Under the pieces are notes generated by a model. The model made no database searches. It was not told where the DNA came from and worked only from the letters and a program-made list of their open reading frames with translations. This document shows, one piece after another, positions 50,419 to 58,907 of a stretch of 63,541 nucleotides of DNA (positions are counted from its first letter, which is position 1; the number at the start of each line of letters is the position of its first letter). The position numbers and the translations under genes were made by a program. This DNA is from Candidatus Dormiibacterota bacterium. GTDB lineage: Bacteria > Chloroflexota > Dormibacteria > Aeolococcales > Aeolococcaceae. Location: NCBI GenBank assembly GCA_036732145.1, contig DAINCY010000006.1:1-63541 (forward strand), written 5' to 3'.

Positions 50419-51006
50419 ATGTTGAGATCCGCCCGCAGCGCCGCCCATTGGGTCGCTCGCCACGCCTTCCCGGCGATGGCCGCCACCGTCATCGCCGTGG
50501 GCGCTGCCGGGGGTGGCATCGGCTACGCGGTGGCCAGCCAGCACACCACCGCCGCTCCCACCTCGTCGACCTCGGGCTCGACCCAGGTCGCGCCGTCGCC
50601 CGCCCCCACCGGTCACAGCGCCACCGCGGCCCGTGGAGCCCAGCTTTTCCAGCGCGCTCTGAGCCTGCTCGCCACCCAGACCGGACAGACTGTCGCTGCG
50701 GTCCGCAGTGAGCTCCTTGCCGGCAAGTCGGTCGACGACATCGCGGGTGCCAAGGCGCCGGCGATCGCGAGCGAGATTCTGGCCCAGGTCACCAAGCTCG
50801 CCGGCCGCGCCGTGGCCGCCGGCAAGATCACGGCTGCCCAGGAGACCGCCGGTCTGGCCACAGCCAAGACCAAGATCGAGGCCCTCATGGCCGAACCGGG
50901 GACACAGCTGCTCAAGGACGCGCGCAGTGCCCTCCAGTTCCTGCACGGTCACGGCCTCAAGCACAGCACGCCGTCGGCGGCGGCCACTCCCACGCCAGCC
51001 ACCTGA
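50419..51006 (+). CDS. Hypothetical secreted or membrane-anchored protein
   Basis: N-terminal hydrophobic segment, Thr/Ser/Pro linker, GKSVDDIA...GKITAAQ helical module. Confidence 0.7.
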   Translation: MLRSARSAAHWVARHAFPAMAATVIAVGAAGGGIGYAVASQHTTAAPTSSTSGSTQVAPSPAPTGHSATAARGAQLFQRALSLLATQTGQTVAAVRSELLAGKSVDDIAGAKAPAIASEILAQVTKLAGRAVAAGKITAAQETAGLATAKTKIEALMAEPGTQLLKDARSALQFLHGHGLKHSTPSAAATPTPAT

Positions 51007-51070
51007 CAGGCAGATCCTTGCGGCTCCGCGCCGGGGTCGCCGTTCGGCTCGCCTGGCTACACTGGTCTCG

Positions 51071-51547
51071 ATGCCCAAGTCCTACGCGCATGCCGACCAG
51101 GTGGTCGACCCGTCCAAGAAGTACACGGCGACGATTGCCACCGACAAGGGTGACATCGTCATGTCGCTCTATCCCGACAAGGCGCCCAAGAGCGTCAACA
51201 ACTTCGTGTTCCTGGCCCGCGAGGGCTTCTACGACGGGCTCACCTTCCATCGTGTCGTCGACGACTTCGTCATCCAGGCGGGCTGCCCCGAGGGAACCGG
51301 TCGCGGGGGTCCCGGCTATCACTTCGGGGACGAGCCGGTGCAGGGCGAGTACATCGGCGGGGCCGTGGCCTGCGCCAACGCCGGGCCCAACACCAACGGG
51401 TCGCAGTTCTTCATCTGCACCGTCGACGGCCGCCACAAGCTGGCCAAGGCGTACAACCTCTTCGGCCAGGTGGTCAAGGGGATGCCGGTCGTTGGCGAGA
51501 TCCGCCAGGGCGACGTGATGCGCTCGGTGTCGGTCACCGAGGAATAG
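51071..51547 (+). CDS. Cyclophilin-type peptidyl-prolyl isomerase
   Basis: NNFVFLAREGFYDGLTFHRV, QAGCP.GTG.GGPGY, NTNGSQFFI. Confidence 0.96.
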   Translation: MPKSYAHADQVVDPSKKYTATIATDKGDIVMSLYPDKAPKSVNNFVFLAREGFYDGLTFHRVVDDFVIQAGCPEGTGRGGPGYHFGDEPVQGEYIGGAVACANAGPNTNGSQFFICTVDGRHKLAKAYNLFGQVVKGMPVVGEIRQGDVMRSVSVTEE

Positions 51548-51551
51548 GGCG

Positions 51552-52430
51552 GTGACGGGCGAGCTTCGATTGATGTCTGTGCACGCACACGCCGATGACG
51601 AGTCGATCACCATGGGCGGCCTGCTCGCGACCTCTCATGACCGCGGTGTCCGCACCGCCAACATCTGTTGCACGGACGGCAAGCTCGCCACCATCGTGGC
51701 GGAGGACATGCCCGAGGAGTCGACGCGACCACACCTTGCAGAGATCCGCCAACAGGAGCTGCGCGCGGCGTGCGCGATTCTCGGTGTCGACGAGGTGCAC
51801 TTTCTTGGCTACGGCGATTCCGGGATGTGGGGAGCGGACACCAATGAGCTGCCCGACGCTTTCTGGAAGGCAGACATCAATGAGGCGGTGGGCCGGCTGG
51901 TCGCGCACATCCGCCGCTTCCGTCCACACGTCGTCGTCACCTACGACGGTGTGGGCGGGTACGGCCACCCCGATCACATCCAGACGCACCGTGCGACCTT
52001 GCTCGCCGTTGAAGCTGCACATATGAGGTCGCTCTACCCTGACGCCGGCGAGCCGTGGCGGGTGCACAAGCTGTACTACACCTCGATTCCGCTGTCCTTC
52101 TTGCGCAAGGCCGCCGACATGGCCAGGGAGGCGGGCATGCCACCACCGTTCGGCGTGGAGAATCCGGAGGACCTGCCCTTCGTCACCCCTGACGAATGGA
52201 TCACGACCACCGTCGACATCCGCGACGCCGTGCGCCGCAAGCGCCAGGCGCTGGTCGCGCACCACAGCCAGATCGGCCCCGATTGGCCAATGCTCGCCAT
52301 CCCCGAGGCGGTGAACATCGAACACTTCGGCACCGAAGCTTTCCAGCTGGTGATCTCGCGAGTGCCCGTCACGCTGCCGGAAACCGACGTGTTCGCCGGG
52401 ATCACCGCCGAGCAGACCGTCGCCCGCTGA
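51552..52430 (+). CDS. PIG-L-family deacetylase (Mca/MshB-like)
   Basis: VHAHADDES, LGYGDSGM, GGYGHPDHIQTH, ALVAHHSQ. Confidence 0.9.
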   Translation: MTGELRLMSVHAHADDESITMGGLLATSHDRGVRTANICCTDGKLATIVAEDMPEESTRPHLAEIRQQELRAACAILGVDEVHFLGYGDSGMWGADTNELPDAFWKADINEAVGRLVAHIRRFRPHVVVTYDGVGGYGHPDHIQTHRATLLAVEAAHMRSLYPDAGEPWRVHKLYYTSIPLSFLRKAADMAREAGMPPPFGVENPEDLPFVTPDEWITTTVDIRDAVRRKRQALVAHHSQIGPDWPMLAIPEAVNIEHFGTEAFQLVISRVPVTLPETDVFAGITAEQTVAR

Positions 52431-52450
52431 CCCGACCGTCAGCCATAGGG

Positions 52451-54943
52451 TCAGGTCAGCGGGCCAATCCCGCTCACCTGGACCACTGCATGCCAGGCGC
52501 TCCCCCACCAGGCCTCCACAAGGTGACCGTCCGGTCCACGCCAGAAGACGAGTTGCTCGCCGCCCTGCAGAGCAACACTCGGAGACGAGCCGAGCTGGCT
52601 GGAGACGTTGCTCGCCACGGCCCAGTCGAGCGGGGCGCTGCGCGCCCCTCCCCACCAGGTCTCCCAGAGATGACCGTTGCCTCCCCGCCAGAAGATGGCC
52701 TGGTTGCCGTTGGCCGTCACCACGACGCTCGGCGCCGAGCTGAGCAGGGCGGCGCCGCTCCAGCTGCTTGACCAGTCGGAAGGCCCATTCCACGAATTGG
52801 CGTACCAGGCCTCTTGAAGGTGGCCGCCGGCGTCCTGCCAGAAGACCAGTTGTTCGGCGCCGTCCGCCGTGACCACCGCGCTCGGGGCTGAGGCCAGGAG
52901 AGGGGTTCCAGGCCAGCGGGCGCTCCAGTCGACGGGGCCGTTCCACGAGCCCGAGAACCACGCTTCACAGAGATGACCGTCGGTCCCGCGCCAGAACACC
53001 GTCTGCTGCCGTCCATCCGGCGAGACCCACACACTGGGCGCCGAGCCCAACTTGGAGGCTCCGCCCCAGCGCGCCGTCCAGTCCACCGGTCCGTGCCACG
53101 CACCGGTGTACCACGCCTCCCAGAGATGGCCGTCTGCCCCCTGCCAGAAGACCAGCTGAGTGCTGCCATCCGGAGTGACAGCGACGCTGGGTGCCGAAGC
53201 GAGCAGTGGCGCGCCCCGCCATGCGCCGCTCAGGTCGATCGGCCCGTTCCACCTGCCCGTGTACCAGGCCTCCAGGAGATGACCGTTGATCCCGCGCCAG
53301 AACGTCAATTGGGTGCGGCCGTCGGGGGTGAGCGACACGCTTGGGGCACTGCTCAGCAGCCCGGTGTTGCCCCACATCGAGGAAAGGTCAGCCGGACCAT
53401 TCCAGGCTCCGTTCCATGCTGCGGCAGCGAGGTTGCCTGCCGGCGTCTGCCAGTACAGGACCTGTTGACCTGCCGACGTGATGGTCGCGGTCGGCGCCGA
53501 GGCCAGGGTGCCAAGCGCGTCCCAGTCGGCCGGTCCGTTCCACGTCCCGTTGAACCAAGCCTCCCAGGCGTGGTTGTCAGTGCCTTTCCAGAAGACGGAC
53601 TGCGTGCCGTTGGCGGCGAGCACGACGGATGGCCCCGAGCCGAGCAGCCCCTGGCCGTTCCAGGCCTTGGTGAGGTCGATGGGTCCGTTCCACGACCCTG
53701 CGTACCACGCCTCCCAGAGGTGACCGTTGGGCGCCTGCCAGTACACCAGCTGCACGCCATCGCCGCTGACAGCCACGCTCGGCGCCGAAATGAGAGGAGC
53801 GGAGCTGCCCCAGCCGGCCGCGATGTTGGCGGGGCCGTACCACGTGGCCGCAGCGAACCACGCCTCCATGAGAGTCCCGCTGGCGCCCTGCCAGAAGACC
53901 ACCTGCTGTCCGTTGGGCGCAAGCGCGGCGCTGGGGGCGGACTGGAGCAACTGTCCGCTGCTCCAGGTGGTCGAGAGGTCCACCGGCTGTGACCAGCCGC
54001 CGCTGTACACCGCCTGCCACAGGTGGCCACCGGCGCTTCGCCAGAACACGGTCTGCCGTCCATCTGCAGCGAACACTGCAGTCGGCGCCGACGTCAGTGG
54101 CGCCAGATTGTTCCAGCTGGCGGTGAGGTCGGTCGGGCCGTACCACACACCACCTATGGTCCATGCCTCGTGCAGGTGGTTGTCGGCGCCTTGCCAGAAC
54201 AGGATCTGCTGGCCGTTGGCTGCCGCCGCACTCAGCTTGCTGACGCCGGTGCTCGACATCAGCGGGTTGTGCAGCCAACCGATCACCGGGGTGTAACCAT
54301 TGGCGGTGACCGTCGAGCCGTTGAGGCCGAGCTGATCAGCACCGCTCGGCGTCCCATTCTGCTGCACGATGTCGACGTGGTTCGACCCCACGGCGTTCAC
54401 CACGGCCACGTGGCCGTTCGCGTCCCAGTAGTTTCCCAGCCACCCCGGGCTGAAGATGAGGAGGTCGCCCCGTTGCGGGGCGACGCCACCGCCCTGCGCG
54501 AATTGCTGAAGTGGGATCGGCAGGGCAGGCCCAGCGTTCCACATCTGCGCGGCGCTCCCGTCGGCGCCGCCGTACCCGCCCCAGACCGAGGGTTCACCCC
54601 ACGCGTAGTAGGCGTACCGCTGCGCCAGCTCTGTGCACTGGAATTCCGGGCCGAAGTTGCAGCCGTTGGGCGCGCCGCAGCCGGTGTCATCGAATGAAGT
54701 GCCGTTGCCGTAGACGGTGAGGTTGGAGCAGCGCGACACCCACGTTGCCCACTGGCAGCCGTCGATCAGCGGAGCTGCATAGCCGCCGGTGCTGGCCTGC
54801 CGGTCCACCACCGACATCATGCCGGGCTGGATCCCAGCTTTCGCCGGCGATGACGTCTGTGCAGTCTGTGCGAAGGCGCCGCCGACGGTCAGCGCCGCAG
54901 CGACGGCGAGGACGGTCAGCGCGCGCCGCAGCCCGCGCGCCAT
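52451..54943 (-). CDS. Secreted CHAP amidase fused to 12 Trp-rich lectin-like beta-propeller repeats
   Basis: Signal peptide; FQCTELAQRY, GHVAVV, VQQN; repeats of QxVFWxGxxGHLWEAWY..W.GP.D...L.SAPS. Confidence 0.85.
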   Translation of the reverse strand: MARGLRRALTVLAVAAALTVGGAFAQTAQTSSPAKAGIQPGMMSVVDRQASTGGYAAPLIDGCQWATWVSRCSNLTVYGNGTSFDDTGCGAPNGCNFGPEFQCTELAQRYAYYAWGEPSVWGGYGGADGSAAQMWNAGPALPIPLQQFAQGGGVAPQRGDLLIFSPGWLGNYWDANGHVAVVNAVGSNHVDIVQQNGTPSGADQLGLNGSTVTANGYTPVIGWLHNPLMSSTGVSKLSAAAANGQQILFWQGADNHLHEAWTIGGVWYGPTDLTASWNNLAPLTSAPTAVFAADGRQTVFWRSAGGHLWQAVYSGGWSQPVDLSTTWSSGQLLQSAPSAALAPNGQQVVFWQGASGTLMEAWFAAATWYGPANIAAGWGSSAPLISAPSVAVSGDGVQLVYWQAPNGHLWEAWYAGSWNGPIDLTKAWNGQGLLGSGPSVVLAANGTQSVFWKGTDNHAWEAWFNGTWNGPADWDALGTLASAPTATITSAGQQVLYWQTPAGNLAAAAWNGAWNGPADLSSMWGNTGLLSSAPSVSLTPDGRTQLTFWRGINGHLLEAWYTGRWNGPIDLSGAWRGAPLLASAPSVAVTPDGSTQLVFWQGADGHLWEAWYTGAWHGPVDWTARWGGASKLGSAPSVWVSPDGRQQTVFWRGTDGHLCEAWFSGSWNGPVDWSARWPGTPLLASAPSAVVTADGAEQLVFWQDAGGHLQEAWYANSWNGPSDWSSSWSGAALLSSAPSVVVTANGNQAIFWRGGNGHLWETWWGGARSAPLDWAVASNVSSQLGSSPSVALQGGEQLVFWRGPDGHLVEAWWGSAWHAVVQVSGIGPLT
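52454..54245 (-). repeat. 12 tandem coding repeats of about 50 aa
   Basis: Counted in the translation, e.g. QLVFWQGADGHLWEAWYTGAWHGPVDW...LGSAPSV. Confidence 0.9.
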
Positions 54944-55173
54944 CAATCGGAGAGCCGTTGCTGAACCACCACAACAGCGGGCATGCTTCCACATGAACAC
55001 GTACGGATTCGTCGCGCCGCAGCAACAGGTCAGTGGCTCAATGGCACGCCGCAGGAACTGCGAACGGTCCGCGTTGCCGCCGCTCAGGCTCAGGATTTGT
55101 GGATCACAGCTGCTGAGCTGGAAGCTGCGTCAGCTCACATCGCCGGGAGTGGCGGTCACCCGCCGTGGTGCGG

Positions 55174-56112
55174 TCAGACCAGAGCGTCGCCGAACGCGGC
55201 TGTGTATCGTGCCGCGAACTCCTCGCGCGTGTAGTGGTGGCTCTGCGGCCCCAGCCGCTCGACGACGTACGTCGCGGCGAGCGCAGCCGTTCGTCCGGCC
55301 ACGTCGGGCGTGCGGCCGGCGCGCAGGCCGCTGAGCAGGCCGCCGATGTAGGCGTCGCCGGCGCCGGTCGGGTCCACGACCTTCTCGGCGGCAGCGACCG
55401 GGATGGCATGCACGACCCCGCCGACACGCAGTTCGCTCCCGTGTCCTCCTCGAGTGCGCGCCACCAGAGCCCCGGCGGTGGCGAACGACTCGACATCGCG
55501 CCCGGTGCGCCGGTGGATGACCTCGAACTCGTAGTCGTTGCCGACGATCAGCCAGGCTGCATCCAGCCCCGCCGACAGTGTGGCGTCGCTCATCGAGCTG
55601 AGCTGCTGGGCCGGCGCGAAGACCAGCTTGGCGCCGATCTGGGTGGCCTGCCTCACGTGAAGGTCCATCCCGTCGGGAGCGTCGGGTCCGACGACCACGT
55701 GCTCGACGTCCGACAACGAGCTGAGGTCAACGCCCGCGGCTCGTGCCATGGCGCCGGGGTAAAAGGCGGTGATCTGATTGTCGTCGGCGTCGGTGGTGAT
55801 GAACGCCGTGGCGGTGCTGACGTCGTCGCAGACAAGCGCCCGCGAGGTATCGACCCCGATCGCCTGCAGCGCACTTCCGTAGTCCGCGAAGTCGTTGCCG
55901 ACGGCGGCACAGAGCAGCGGCCGCTCACCCAGCAGGGCGAGGGTGTAGGCGATGTTGGCGGCCGTGCCCCCGCGGCGCGTCTCGAGGCGCTCGACCAGGA
56001 AGGAGACGTTGAGGATGTGCGACTGGTCAGGGAGGATGTGGTCGGCGAATCGGCCACCGAACACCATGATGGTGTCGTAGGCCACCGAGCCGGTGACGGC
56101 GATGGTACCCAT
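55174..56112 (-). CDS. PfkB-family kinase (adenosine-kinase-like)
   Basis: IAVTGSVAYDTIM, RRGGTAANIAY.L, AF.TTD...NQI..FYPGAM, DPTGAGD. Confidence 0.92.
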   Translation of the reverse strand: MGTIAVTGSVAYDTIMVFGGRFADHILPDQSHILNVSFLVERLETRRGGTAANIAYTLALLGERPLLCAAVGNDFADYGSALQAIGVDTSRALVCDDVSTATAFITTDADDNQITAFYPGAMARAAGVDLSSLSDVEHVVVGPDAPDGMDLHVRQATQIGAKLVFAPAQQLSSMSDATLSAGLDAAWLIVGNDYEFEVIHRRTGRDVESFATAGALVARTRGGHGSELRVGGVVHAIPVAAAEKVVDPTGAGDAYIGGLLSGLRAGRTPDVAGRTAALAATYVVERLGPQSHHYTREEFAARYTAAFGDALV

Positions 56113-56192
56113 GAGCCGGGCAAGCATAGGGGGCCACCGTCGCCCGACCGTGCACGGGCCTTTGGGCACCCGGTCGCGGGAGAATGGGCGGC

Positions 56193-57992
56193 ATGGCACT
56201 CCCCGGAACTCACCCCGCCTCCGGCCTCACCGGGCAACCCGGCACGGATGCCGCCGACATCGCCAGCCTGGCCGAGGCCGTTGAGGTCTACCGGCGCACC
56301 TACACCACGGTGCTGCGGAGCACGGGCGAGACCCGGCTGCGGGTCCTGGAGGCCTCTCACAGGGCGATGCACAGCAGCCTCCACCCTCTCGCCGATTCGC
56401 CGACTCCGGACCTCGGAGCGTTCCTTTACGCGGTTCGCCGGCTGCCCGACGCCGTCTTCGGCGCCGACCTGGTGGTGATGGGCCAGTCCGCAGAGATCTT
56501 TCGGCGTCGCGGCTTCGACAGCTTCGAAGCCCAGACCGAGATCGGTGCGCCCGGGCGGCGCCGGCGCTGGTACGACGACGGTAGGGGCACGCTTGCCGTG
56601 CTCATCGCGTCGGCATCCGACGTCGACGATCTCGTCCCCACCCTGGTGGCTTTCCAGATCGAGTGGAACAAGCTGCGGGATGTGCTGCGCGCCAGCACCC
56701 AGCGCGAGGGCGCGGCGGCGGACTTCGCTGCCAGCTGCGGCGGTTCGGAGGACGACTGGGCGCAACTCCAAGAGGTGTGGGGTGCCGCCTTCGCAACCCG
56801 GCTCGACCAGGTCCGCCGGCGCCACCTCTCGCTGCGCCTGCGCATGCTGGGAGGCACCCAGGTGGGCTACGCTCGGGTGACGCGCCGGTGGTGGCAGCAG
56901 GTCACCGGGATGATGCGCTCTGAAGGTCTGCTGGGCCGGCCGGTGTACTTCGTCAGCAGCAACTCGCACAGTCTCGGCAACCTGGTCACCGGGCTGGCAC
57001 GCCGCCACCAGGAGGACCTGGTGGCCTCGGTGGAGAGGAACGGCCCGGACGAGCTTCGCAACGAATTGCGCGCATTCCGCGAGGGTCGAGCCGAGGGCAA
57101 CTGGGACAACTTCCTGTACTTCGCTGCGCGCATGTGGCAACGCGGCGTGCTCACCGATGGGGAGCGGACAGCGATGCGCCGCGAGGAACGCGACGCCGGC
57201 CTGATCGCCGTCAGCAGCCGCACCGCGCTCGACGTGGCGGCGCAGGTGATTGCCCTTGATCGGCTCGACCCGTCGGCTCTCGACGAGCGACTCGGCCCCG
57301 TCCAGGAACGCGCGCTGCACGCCAGCCGCGCTGTGATCGTCAACGTCGACTACCCACTGGGTCTGGCGGCCTACAACATCCTTCGCGAAGTTGCCGAGAC
57401 GGCCGCTGAGCTGCGCGGCGTGTACATTCTCGGTAAGGCGGCGACCCTCAACGCCGACGTCGGCGACGTGATGATCAGTGGGGTCATCCACGACGAGCAT
57501 TCCGGCAGCACGTTCTGGCTGGACAACACATTCCGCGTTTCCGACATCGCGCCCTACCTGCGTTTTGGCAGTGGGCTCGACAACCAGCGCGCGGTCACAG
57601 TCAAGGGGACATTCCTGCAGAACCGCGGCTATCTCGACTTCTACCATCGCGAGGCCTACTCGGTGGTTGAGATGGAGGCGGGTCCGTACTGCTGTGCCAT
57701 CTACGAGATGAGTGAGGCCGCGCGCTACCCGATGGGCGAACCGGTCAACTTCTCCCGTCTGCCACTCGATTTCGGGGTCATCCACTACGCATCGGACACG
57801 CCGTTCACGCAGGCCCGGACGCTTGGCGCCCGCGGACTGTCGTACTTCGGCATGGACTCCACGTACGCGTCCTCGGTGGCCATCCTGCGGCGCATCCTCC
57901 GCCTGGAGGGCGCGCTCATCGATGACACGCAACCTCTCGAGGTCCCTGTGGTCGAGGACGGTGAGGAGCTGCCTGAGCAGGTGCCGGTGTGA
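56193..57992 (+). CDS. Uncharacterised protein of about 600 aa; C-terminus resembles a nucleoside phosphorylase/nucleosidase fold
   Basis: Long ORF with coding-like usage; ILGKAATLNADVGDVMI, TVKGTFLQN, VEMEAGPY. Confidence 0.75.
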   Translation: MALPGTHPASGLTGQPGTDAADIASLAEAVEVYRRTYTTVLRSTGETRLRVLEASHRAMHSSLHPLADSPTPDLGAFLYAVRRLPDAVFGADLVVMGQSAEIFRRRGFDSFEAQTEIGAPGRRRRWYDDGRGTLAVLIASASDVDDLVPTLVAFQIEWNKLRDVLRASTQREGAAADFAASCGGSEDDWAQLQEVWGAAFATRLDQVRRRHLSLRLRMLGGTQVGYARVTRRWWQQVTGMMRSEGLLGRPVYFVSSNSHSLGNLVTGLARRHQEDLVASVERNGPDELRNELRAFREGRAEGNWDNFLYFAARMWQRGVLTDGERTAMRREERDAGLIAVSSRTALDVAAQVIALDRLDPSALDERLGPVQERALHASRAVIVNVDYPLGLAAYNILREVAETAAELRGVYILGKAATLNADVGDVMISGVIHDEHSGSTFWLDNTFRVSDIAPYLRFGSGLDNQRAVTVKGTFLQNRGYLDFYHREAYSVVEMEAGPYCCAIYEMSEAARYPMGEPVNFSRLPLDFGVIHYASDTPFTQARTLGARGLSYFGMDSTYASSVAILRRILRLEGALIDDTQPLEVPVVEDGEELPEQVPV

Positions 57993-58885
57993 AGCGCACG
58001 CTGCTGCTCATCGCCGCCGCCCTGGCGGTGTCTCCGGTTGCCGGATGCGGCGCGATCGCCTGCGCAGGGGCCGGCAGCAGCTGTGCGCCGTCCGCGGAGA
58101 ACCTCAATGTTCAACCCCAGAACAGCACGCTGCTCGTGGGTGTCAACCGCATCTCCATCGCGCTGCTCGACGGTCGATCGAACCCAGTGACAGCGGGCAG
58201 CGTGACCATCGACATTCTCAACGCGGCCGGCGCCTCCATCGGGGTGAGGCCGCTCGAGGACATTGCCCCGGTGTACGGCGACATCCCCATCTACGTCGGC
58301 ATCGCCGCCTTCCCGAGCGCCGGCCAGTACGACTTCGTTGTGACGGGAACGGCCTCCTCTGGTGGGCCCATCACAGGACACGCCTTCGTGACCGTGGCCG
58401 CCTCCGGCACCGAACTGCCGGTGGGCGCTCATGTTCCAGCCCTCAACCAGGCGGTTCTCACCAGCTCCGGTGTCACCATCTCCATGGTGGACAGTGGCGT
58501 CCCACCGGACACCTGGCACGACCAGACCGTCGCCAGCGCCCTCGCAGCACACACGCCGATGGTGCTGTTCTTCGGTCAGCCGGGCTACTGCCCGAGCAAG
58601 ACGTGCGGCCCCACTGTGGCCATCCTCAAGCAGCTCTGCGCGCAGTACTGCTCTCAGTTCTCATTCCAGCACATCGAGACCGACTTCCCGGCGTCGGCCG
58701 CGCAGACCTTCAACAATCCAGCGTTTCGCGCCTTCGGCCTGCAGACGGATCCCTGGGTGTATTTTGTCAACAGCGGCGGTGTGGTCACCGACCGTTTCGA
58801 AGGCCCGATCACGCTCCGCGAGCTGCACAGCGCCGCCGAGGGCACGCTGGCCGGGCACGTCCCGGCCGTCTCGCTCGCACCCTGA
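57989..58885 (+). CDS. Lipoprotein with a C-terminal thioredoxin-like domain
   Basis: Lipobox VAGC; FGQPGYCPSKTCGP; DPWVYFV...V..RFEG. Confidence 0.8.
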   Translation: MKRTLLLIAAALAVSPVAGCGAIACAGAGSSCAPSAENLNVQPQNSTLLVGVNRISIALLDGRSNPVTAGSVTIDILNAAGASIGVRPLEDIAPVYGDIPIYVGIAAFPSAGQYDFVVTGTASSGGPITGHAFVTVAASGTELPVGAHVPALNQAVLTSSGVTISMVDSGVPPDTWHDQTVASALAAHTPMVLFFGQPGYCPSKTCGPTVAILKQLCAQYCSQFSFQHIETDFPASAAQTFNNPAFRAFGLQTDPWVYFVNSGGVVTDRFEGPITLRELHSAAEGTLAGHVPAVSLAP

Positions 58886-58907
58886 TGCAGTGACTGACAC
58901 GTAGGGC

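Noticed and set aside
52454-54245. Periodic DNA similarity resembling a CRISPR array
   Set aside because: Repeats are degenerate, in frame and protein-coding; there are no identical repeats, spacers or cas genes
54944-55173. Possible riboswitch or CRP site upstream of the CHAP-lectin gene
   Set aside because: Only a short gagctg/cagctc hairpin and a TGTGGATCACA with wrong spacing; no family consensus
55653-57932. 759-aa minus-strand ORF
   Set aside because: Antisense to the 56193-57992 ORF and overlapping pfkB in another frame; low-complexity shadow translation
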